DNA from: Alphaproteobacteria bacterium
GTDB lineage: Bacteria > Pseudomonadota > Alphaproteobacteria > JAOXRX01
Assembly (NCBI GenBank): GCA_025800285.1
Contig: JAOXRX010000037.1
Location: 144,150 to 208,149, forward strand
Direction of reading: 5' to 3'
DNA: 64,000 bases
Shown one piece after another: positions 57,435 to 64,000 of the stretch. How positions within the stretch are numbered: the stretch's first letter is position 1; the number at the start of each line of letters is the position of its first letter. Below the pieces are notes generated by a model that saw only the letters and a list, made by a program, of their open reading frames with translations, was not told the origin of the DNA and searched no databases. The position numbers and the translations under genes are program-made.

Positions 57435-58172
57435 ATGCAAAGGTGGAAAATAATAATTGAATATGATGGAACTAGCTTATACGGTTGGCAAAAACAAAAA
57501 GGTTTTTTAAGTGTTCAAGAAATAGTAGAAAATGCTTTAGAAAAATTCTCAAAAGAGAAAATAGAGATATATGGTTCTGGTAGAACTGACACGGGTGTTC
57601 ACTCAACCGGACAAGTTGCTCATTTTGATATGGAAAGAGATATGGAGGAGTTTCAAGTTTTTGAAGCTTTAAACTCTTTTTTAAAGAAATCTCCAGTCGC
57701 TATAATAAGTGCAGAGAAAATAGATAACAGCTTTCATGCGAGGTTTGATGCTAAATTAAGGCACTATACTTATAAAATTCTAAATAGAAAAGCTCCAACT
57801 TCTTTAAATAGATATAGAATGTGGCATTTTAAATATGATTTAGATATTGAGGCAATGCAAGAAGCGGCAAATTTCTTAATTGGAAAACATGACTTTTCAA
57901 GCTTTAGAGCAGCAAATTGTCAGTCAAATTCTCCTATAAAGAGTATTGAGAGAATATCTTTTCATAAAGAGGGGGATGTGATTTCTATGGATATATCTGC
58001 TAAATCTTTTATGTATCATCAAGTTAGAAACATTATCGGAACTTTAGTTGATGTAGGAAATGGAAGAACTTCAGTGAAAGAGTTTAAAGACATATTAGAA
58101 GCAAAAGATAGAACAAAAGCTGGAATAACTGCTCCTGCTTGTGGGCTTTATTTTACAAGAATAGATTATTAA
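57435..58172 (+). CDS. truA: tRNA pseudouridine(38-40) synthase
   Basis: GSGRTDTGVHS with the catalytic Asp, and YHQVRNI. Confidence 0.95.
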   Translation: MQRWKIIIEYDGTSLYGWQKQKGFLSVQEIVENALEKFSKEKIEIYGSGRTDTGVHSTGQVAHFDMERDMEEFQVFEALNSFLKKSPVAIISAEKIDNSFHARFDAKLRHYTYKILNRKAPTSLNRYRMWHFKYDLDIEAMQEAANFLIGKHDFSSFRAANCQSNSPIKSIERISFHKEGDVISMDISAKSFMYHQVRNIIGTLVDVGNGRTSVKEFKDILEAKDRTKAGITAPACGLYFTRIDY

Positions 58173-58250
58173 TAAAAAATTTACTTTAATTTTTTTTATA
58201 AATAGTGTATGTTTTTTTAAATATTAAATATAAAAGGAAAGAGAAGAGAA

Positions 58251-59240
58251 ATGAAAAAAATTACAGTTATCGGTGGTGGAGCTTTTGGAACATCTTTAGC
58301 TATGACAGCAGCGAAAGCTAATAATGATGTTATCTTGTGGGCAAGAGAACAAGATGTTGTACAGGAAATAAATGAATCTCACACTAATAGGTTTTTACCT
58401 AAAGCAACTTTGCCAGATAATATTATTGCAACCAATGATATGCAAGAGGCTTTATCTTCTCCAGACATTGTTTTATTTGTTACTCCTGCTCAATATGTTA
58501 GAGATACTTTTAAAGAAATATTACCAAAATTAAATTCAAAAACTCCTGTTGTTATTTGTGCGAAAGGTATAGAAGTTAAAACTGGACTTTTATTGAGTGA
58601 GGTTATTAAAGAGATTTCTAAAGATACTCCTTTAGCAGTTCTTTCAGGCCCAGGTTTTGCCGCAGAAATAGCAGATGAAAAATTAACAGCTGTTACTATA
58701 GGTGCTGATGATATTAATGTAGCAGAAGAAGTTTCAAATGCTTTAAAAAATTCATATTTCCGCCCTTATATTTCTAATGACCTGATTACTCCTCAAATAG
58801 GAGGGTCGGTTAAAAATGTTATTGCAATTGCAGTAGGTATTGCAGATGGTTATGAATTAGGAGATAATGGTAGATCGGCTCTAATTGCAAGAGGCTTGGC
58901 TGAGATGTCTCGTTTTGCTGCAGCCATAGGAGGGAAAAAAGAAAATATTATTGGATTGTCAGGAGTGGGAGATTTAATATTAACCGCAAATTCAAAACAG
59001 TCTAGAAATTACTCTTGTGGATATGAAATCGGGAAAACAGCAAATGCAGAGAGTGTTATATCTTCTTCAACAAAAACGGTTGAAGGATTGTGTACTGTTG
59101 TTGCTGTCCTTAAAAGAGCAAAAGATTTAGGTGTTGAAATGCCGATATGTCAAGCAATATATAATGTTGTTTATGAAGGCAAAGATATAGAAACAGAAAT
59201 AGAAGCTCTTTTCTCAAGAAGTGTTGGTAAAGAATTTTAA
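58251..59240 (+). CDS. gpsA: NAD(P)H-dependent glycerol-3-phosphate dehydrogenase
   Basis: GGGAFGTSLA, SGPGFAAE and GSVKNVIAIAVG. Confidence 0.95.
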   Translation: MKKITVIGGGAFGTSLAMTAAKANNDVILWAREQDVVQEINESHTNRFLPKATLPDNIIATNDMQEALSSPDIVLFVTPAQYVRDTFKEILPKLNSKTPVVICAKGIEVKTGLLLSEVIKEISKDTPLAVLSGPGFAAEIADEKLTAVTIGADDINVAEEVSNALKNSYFRPYISNDLITPQIGGSVKNVIAIAVGIADGYELGDNGRSALIARGLAEMSRFAAAIGGKKENIIGLSGVGDLILTANSKQSRNYSCGYEIGKTANAESVISSSTKTVEGLCTVVAVLKRAKDLGVEMPICQAIYNVVYEGKDIETEIEALFSRSVGKEF

Positions 59241-59623
59241 TCTATAAAAACTTTTTCCTTATAAAGCTGTTGTTCGTGTTCTGATAGGAATCCGTCATTA
59301 TTTATATCAGCTTGACGAAACTTAATTCTGGAGTATTCTAGATCTTTTAATAGATGTTTTTTCTTTCTTTCTCCATATTGAGGAGAGTTTTTAATATCTT
59401 GAGCCATGATTGATATTCGTTTTTCAATATTATCTAGTGTAATATAATCGTAATAACCGTTTCTACTTGACCAAGTTGTTCTTCCTCGCCATCTTCTATT
59501 TTGGTTGTTGTATGAAGCTGGTGATTGTTTCTTTACTTTTACAGAGTCTGTCCATATGCTTTGAGCAAAAGCCTCTCCGTAATTAATAAATAAAAGTAAT
59601 ATAAGTATTGTTATTTTTTTCAT
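59237..59623 (-). CDS. secreted protein with an EF-hand Ca-binding loop
   Basis: Signal peptide MKKITILILLLFINYGEAFA. DINNDGFLSEHE fits the canonical 12-residue EF-hand loop (D-x-N-x-D-G-x-L-x-x-x-E). Confidence 0.5.
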   Translation of the reverse strand: MKKITILILLLFINYGEAFAQSIWTDSVKVKKQSPASYNNQNRRWRGRTTWSSRNGYYDYITLDNIEKRISIMAQDIKNSPQYGERKKKHLLKDLEYSRIKFRQADINNDGFLSEHEQQLYKEKVFID

Positions 59624-59928
59624 AAAAACAGCCTCCTTTTAGATATATTATACTATATAATTAAGCTTATTGCAATATAAAACACTTGACTTATTAGGAA
59701 AAATATCCTATAAAGCCTTTGAAGGGCACTCTTATGGGGTGTCTTTTTTATTTGTTTAAATTAATTATAAAAAGGAGGTAATATGCTTTTAAGATTAGGA
59801 TACCTATTACAGGGTGTTGAAAGAGTAGTTAGGGTTATTATATCAGCAAAAACAATCTTGTTTGCTGATAATACTAATTACAAATCTGATTCAGATGTTA
59901 TTAAAGCGGATAACAATTCAAATATTGT

Positions 59929-60435
59929 TTAGTTCTCAATAATTCCGCCCATAGTTCTGTTAACATATACAAGTTGGCCTTTATAATATATTTCTTCTCT
60001 GCCAAGGAAATCTTTATAATCGCCTTCTTGTATTACAAAAGAATAGTTAAAATCCCCTTCTTCAAACTCTTTAGGTCCTCTAAAAGGCATTTCTTTAGTG
60101 TTGTTTCTAAGAGCTTCTCTTAAGAAATCGTAAATTTTATTAACAATTGAGAAATCATTAGTTAGAATTTTACTTCTATATGCCATTGTCCAAACTGGCT
60201 CATTTTGGTAGTATATAACTTCTCTTCCAGGAGCATTTATTTCGCCTAAATATGAATCATGATATGTCCAGCCATCTCTTTCATACACATATTCAATAAA
60301 TCCGTCATTTTTAGGGGGAGTTAATTGATATTTTTGATTTGTTTCTCTTGTTGCTGCATATGTTCTTAAATGAGCTTCATACATGAAACTTAAAATCTCT
60401 TTAATTCTCTCCTCAGTAAGTCTTTGATGGTACAT
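59929..60435 (-). CDS. conserved hypothetical protein (possibly DUF5680-like)
   Basis: 168-aa ORF with an RBS. The family assignment is from memory only. Confidence 0.35.
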   Translation of the reverse strand: MYHQRLTEERIKEILSFMYEAHLRTYAATRETNQKYQLTPPKNDGFIEYVYERDGWTYHDSYLGEINAPGREVIYYQNEPVWTMAYRSKILTNDFSIVNKIYDFLREALRNNTKEMPFRGPKEFEEGDFNYSFVIQEGDYKDFLGREEIYYKGQLVYVNRTMGGIIEN

Positions 60436-60517
60436 TTTAAACTCCTAAATTTTTATTTGTAAATTTGTATTTTTTGTATTATAAAAAATATATAAATAAA
60501 AAGCAAAGGATTTTTAC

Positions 60518-63133
60518 ATGGCAAAAGAAGTTATTTACAGAAAAGATTATAAAGCTCCAGATTTTTTGATTGATAATGTTTATCTAAATTTTGATTTAGA
60601 AGAGGACAATACAATTGTAAAATCTAAAATAGAATTTAAGAAAAATAATAAAGAGGCAAAAGATTGTGTTTTGTTTGCAGATGATTTGATTTTTATATCT
60701 GTATCAATGAATGGTGAATTGTTATCAGTTGATGACTATATTCTTTCAGAGAAAGAGTTAATTATTAAAAATGCACCAGATAAATTCATTTTAGAAGTTG
60801 AAAATAAAATAGATCCATTAGCTAATAAAAAACTAGAAGGGCTTTATTGCTCTAGTGGAAATTTCTGTACTCAATGTGAACCGGAAGGGTTTAGGAGAAT
60901 TACCTATTACCCAGATAGATCAGATGTAATGGCTAAGTTTACAGTTAGAATGGTTGCGGATAAAGATAAATATCCAGTTTTATTGTCTAATGGTAATTTG
61001 ATTGAACAGGGGAATCTAAAAGACAATAGGCATTTCGCTGTTTATGAAGACCCGTTTAGAAAACCGTCTTATTTATTTGCTTTAGTTGCTGGAAAGCTGG
61101 ACTCGATTTCTGATAAGTTTACTACCATGACAGGTAAAGAAGTGGATTTGCACATATATTGTAATCCTGGGGATTCAGAAAAATGTTATCATGCTATGGA
61201 GTCTCTTAAGAAAGCTATGAAGTGGGATGAGGTTAGATTTGGAAGAGAATATGACTTAAACATATTTAATATAGTTATTGTTCATGATTTTAATTCAGGA
61301 GCGATGGAAAATAAATCTCTAAATATTTTTAATTCTTCAGTTGCTTTGGCAAATCCTAAGACTGCGACAGATAATAACTTTACATATATTGAAAAGGTAA
61401 TTGGTCATGAGTATTTTCATAATTGGTCAGGTGATAGAGTTACTTGTCAGTCATGGTTTGAATTAACATTAAAAGAGGGTTTTACTGTTTTTAGAGATAG
61501 TGAGTTCTCGGCAGATATGCAAGATAGATCTACAGAAAGAATTAAAGATGTTATTACTTTAAGAAATGCTCAATTTCCAGAAGATGATTCTCCAATGGCT
61601 CACCCTATAAGGCCAGATAGCTATATGGAGATAAATAATTTTTATACTGCAACTGTATATGAAAAAGGTGCAGAAATTATTCGTATGATGCATACAATGC
61701 TTGGAGAAGAAAAGTTCCGAAAGGGAACAGATTTATATTTCTCTAAATTTGATGGGCAGGCAGTAACTTGTGATGATTTTGTTAATTGTATGGAAGAAGT
61801 GTCAGGAATAGATTTAACTCAATTTAAATTGTGGTATTCTCAGTCAGGTACTCCAGAAGTTAAAGTTAAAAGTTATTGGAATAAAGAGGATAGAACTTAT
61901 AAATTGGATCTATCTCAAGAAACTTTGCCAACAAGTAAACAAAAAGAAAAAACAAACTTGTATATACCTGTTAAAATGGCAATCCTTAATCATGAGGGAG
62001 AAGAAATAGATTTAATATTAAATGGAAAAAATCTTGGTAAAGAAACAGTTATTATTTTAAATGAAAAAGAGCAATCTTTTGTGTTTGAAAATGTTCACTC
62101 CCAGCCAACAGCTTCTTTGTTTAGATGTTTCTCTGCACCTGTTAAAATAAAAACAGATTTTGATATTGCTGATTATAGATTCTTGATGGAGAATGATGAG
62201 GATGGCTTTAATCGTTGGGATAGCTCTCAGAAGTTAGCTAAGCATGTTATTATGAACGGAATAAAAGATTTTGATAACTTTGAAGTTCCAGAGTATATGA
62301 TTAAATCTTTTAGAAAAATAATGCTAAATGATAATATGGATGATGATTTTAAAGCTCTAATGCTTAGACTCCCAAGTGAGAAAGAAATCTCAGGGTGGTG
62401 TAGTGTTATAGATCCTGATGTTATTCATGCTGTAAGAGAAAAAATAATATCAGAGCTTTCTATAAAATTAAACCATGAGTTTATAGATATATATGGTAAG
62501 ACTACTTTCTCAGGAGAGTATGATATTTCTCATGAGAGTATAGGAAGGAGAGCTTTACATAATGTTTGTTTGAGTTATCTATGTGCTAACTCTAATAAAG
62601 GAGCTCTAATGTTAGCTGAAAATCAATATTTTCATTCAAACAATATGACAGAGCAGTTTTCTGCTATGACTAATATTATAAATAAAGATGAAAAAGTTGA
62701 TTTAGTTTTAAATAACTTCTTTGAAACATATAAAGACGATTTTCTTGTTGTTAATAAGTGGTTCTTAGCACAAGCAACTTCATCTAAAGATAATGCTTTG
62801 GAAAAAGTAAAAGAGCTGAAAAAACATCCTAATTTTGATATGAATAATCCAAACAAGGTTAGAAGTTTAATAGGTGTGTTTGCTTCTATGAATCCAACTA
62901 ATTTCCATAAAAAAGATGGCAGTGGTTATAAGTTTATCGCAGATTGTTTAATAGAGTTAAATTCTATTAACCCTCATGTTGCTGCAAGAATTATTGACTC
63001 TCTTTGTGCATTTAAAAAATATGATAAAAATAGACAGGATAAGATGGTGACAGAGCTAAGAAGAATTAAAGATATTGAAAAAATATCTCCTAATTTGCTA
63101 GAAAAGATTGACAGTGCTCTTAAAACTGTTTAA
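60518..63133 (+). CDS. pepN: aminopeptidase N (M1 family)
   Basis: 871 aa. GAMEN exopeptidase motif, and zinc site HEYFHNWSGD with a downstream E (LKEGFTVF). Confidence 0.95.
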   Translation: MAKEVIYRKDYKAPDFLIDNVYLNFDLEEDNTIVKSKIEFKKNNKEAKDCVLFADDLIFISVSMNGELLSVDDYILSEKELIIKNAPDKFILEVENKIDPLANKKLEGLYCSSGNFCTQCEPEGFRRITYYPDRSDVMAKFTVRMVADKDKYPVLLSNGNLIEQGNLKDNRHFAVYEDPFRKPSYLFALVAGKLDSISDKFTTMTGKEVDLHIYCNPGDSEKCYHAMESLKKAMKWDEVRFGREYDLNIFNIVIVHDFNSGAMENKSLNIFNSSVALANPKTATDNNFTYIEKVIGHEYFHNWSGDRVTCQSWFELTLKEGFTVFRDSEFSADMQDRSTERIKDVITLRNAQFPEDDSPMAHPIRPDSYMEINNFYTATVYEKGAEIIRMMHTMLGEEKFRKGTDLYFSKFDGQAVTCDDFVNCMEEVSGIDLTQFKLWYSQSGTPEVKVKSYWNKEDRTYKLDLSQETLPTSKQKEKTNLYIPVKMAILNHEGEEIDLILNGKNLGKETVIILNEKEQSFVFENVHSQPTASLFRCFSAPVKIKTDFDIADYRFLMENDEDGFNRWDSSQKLAKHVIMNGIKDFDNFEVPEYMIKSFRKIMLNDNMDDDFKALMLRLPSEKEISGWCSVIDPDVIHAVREKIISELSIKLNHEFIDIYGKTTFSGEYDISHESIGRRALHNVCLSYLCANSNKGALMLAENQYFHSNNMTEQFSAMTNIINKDEKVDLVLNNFFETYKDDFLVVNKWFLAQATSSKDNALEKVKELKKHPNFDMNNPNKVRSLIGVFASMNPTNFHKKDGSGYKFIADCLIELNSINPHVAARIIDSLCAFKKYDKNRQDKMVTELRRIKDIEKISPNLLEKIDSALKTV

Positions 63134-63167
63134 CAATTATAAATAAAAAGAAAGGAAATTAAATAAA

Positions 63168-63407
63168 ATGGTAAGAAATTTAATGGAAATGAAAAAGAAA
63201 GCTCAAAAAGGCTTAAGAATTGCGGATGTTTTGATAACAATAGTGTCTTTTGCATGGGCTGCTTATTTATATAACTTAAAAGGTTTTTATTTCTGGTTCT
63301 GGTTCTGGTTTGTTTTTGCTGTTATTTCTTTAGTTATGGTTATAACAAATCCAACAGAGAAAATTGAGAACAAAGTAATGGGATCTTTTATTAAAGGGAG
63401 AAAATAA
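63168..63407 (+). CDS. small membrane protein
   Basis: 79 aa, two hydrophobic segments. It contains FYFWFWFWFVF, encoded by (TTCTGG)x3 at 63291-63308. Confidence 0.35.
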   Translation: MVRNLMEMKKKAQKGLRIADVLITIVSFAWAAYLYNLKGFYFWFWFWFVFAVISLVMVITNPTEKIENKVMGSFIKGRK

Positions 63408-63409
63408 TC

Positions 63410-64000
63410 ATGATAGCAGTAGTTATATATGGTATCATTGCAATTGCTTTAGCAGCTGTAGCGGGATATTCAATTATTTCATTTTTTGATGCATCAAGAA
63501 CAATGTCAAGAGCATCAGAAAACTTATCGAGAATGAATATGGCTGTAAGTTTAGTTAAGGCAAATGTAAGATATGTTGATGGAGAAGCTCTTGTTCCAAT
63601 GGGAAGTGCTGGAGCAGATTATACAATACTTCCAACATGGATGGGAGCTCATGATACATCAACATCGGGCGATAAATACTTATATTGTCCATTTGCTACT
63701 GCTAATAATCCCTCTGCTACTTCTGGAACTGTAACAGATGGAGACTCTTCTACTTATACTGTTGCTATAAAGAATAATTCACAAACAGGAAGCAGAGATT
63801 ATGTTTATGGATTTGATGATACATTTATGGATGCCTCTGTAAGAAACAAGGGAGTGCTTGCTTTTGTTATATCTCCTTTAGAAGGAAACTCCAATCTACC
63901 AAATTGTTCAGATGTTAATTATAATGCTAATGGAAACTTTGTTGTACCTAATGGTATAGTTGAAGTTGTTCAGCTCGGTACAGTGTTCGCTCATAGAAAT
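63410..64000 (+). CDS. hypothetical N-terminally anchored protein (3' end beyond the window)
   Basis: Frame is open from ATG 63410 to the window end (197 codons). It is missing from the ORF track because it has no stop. N-terminus MIAVVIYGIIAIALAAVAGYSIISFF is followed by a polar Ser/Thr/Asn/Gly-rich domain. Confidence 0.4.
   Translation, partial: MIAVVIYGIIAIALAAVAGYSIISFFDASRTMSRASENLSRMNMAVSLVKANVRYVDGEALVPMGSAGADYTILPTWMGAHDTSTSGDKYLYCPFATANNPSATSGTVTDGDSSTYTVAIKNNSQTGSRDYVYGFDDTFMDASVRNKGVLAFVISPLEGNSNLPNCSDVNYNANGNFVVPNGIVEVVQLGTVFAHRN

Noticed and set aside
1-64000. Search for rRNA, IS elements, integrases, prophage, toxin-antitoxin pairs or other recognisable defence systems besides CRISPR-Cas
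   Set aside because: I recognised none among the translated ORFs. The remaining unknowns (15557-15826, 19983-20519, 12391-13082, 59929-60435) carry no diagnostic motifs that I can see.

Overview
Visibly AT-rich, tightly packed chromosomal segment, mostly housekeeping genes. Gene content and order suggest a low-GC alphaproteobacterium: a DUF721-DsbA pair, ihfB-lapA, lpxA-lpxI-lpxB, an N-terminally extended S9, and dnaA, dnaQ, dnaE, lon, secA, tatABC. A CpI-type [FeFe]-hydrogenase and pyruvate formate-lyase with its activase point to anaerobic fermentation; this lineage call is inference. There are three tRNAs (Met/Ile2-CAT, Thr-GGT, Phe-GAA) and no rRNA, transposase, integrase or prophage genes. 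Two accessory blocks stand out. (1) A complete type II-C CRISPR-Cas9 locus at about 40.4-46.6 kb: a minus-strand tracrRNA candidate, cas9 (1172 aa), cas1, cas2, and a 17-repeat/16-spacer array. Read on the minus strand, every repeat ends in a perfect extended -10 box (TGCTATAAT). This suggests one promoter per spacer, as in Neisseria and Campylobacter II-C systems. (2) An orphan outer-membrane secretin module at about 33.3-37.9 kb: a small periplasmic protein, a lipoprotein secretin with an unusual roughly 155-aa Lys/Glu coiled-coil tail, and an acidic bitopic protein. No ATPase, platform or pilin genes lie nearby. Smaller observations include a DnaA-box cluster upstream of dnaA, a free-standing promoter-hairpin-terminator unit, an A8 homopolymer frameshift, lysine-rich tails on TatA and a DUF2934 protein, and two spacers sharing a PAM-proximal core. 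All calls rest on motif recognition by eye; no database search was possible.
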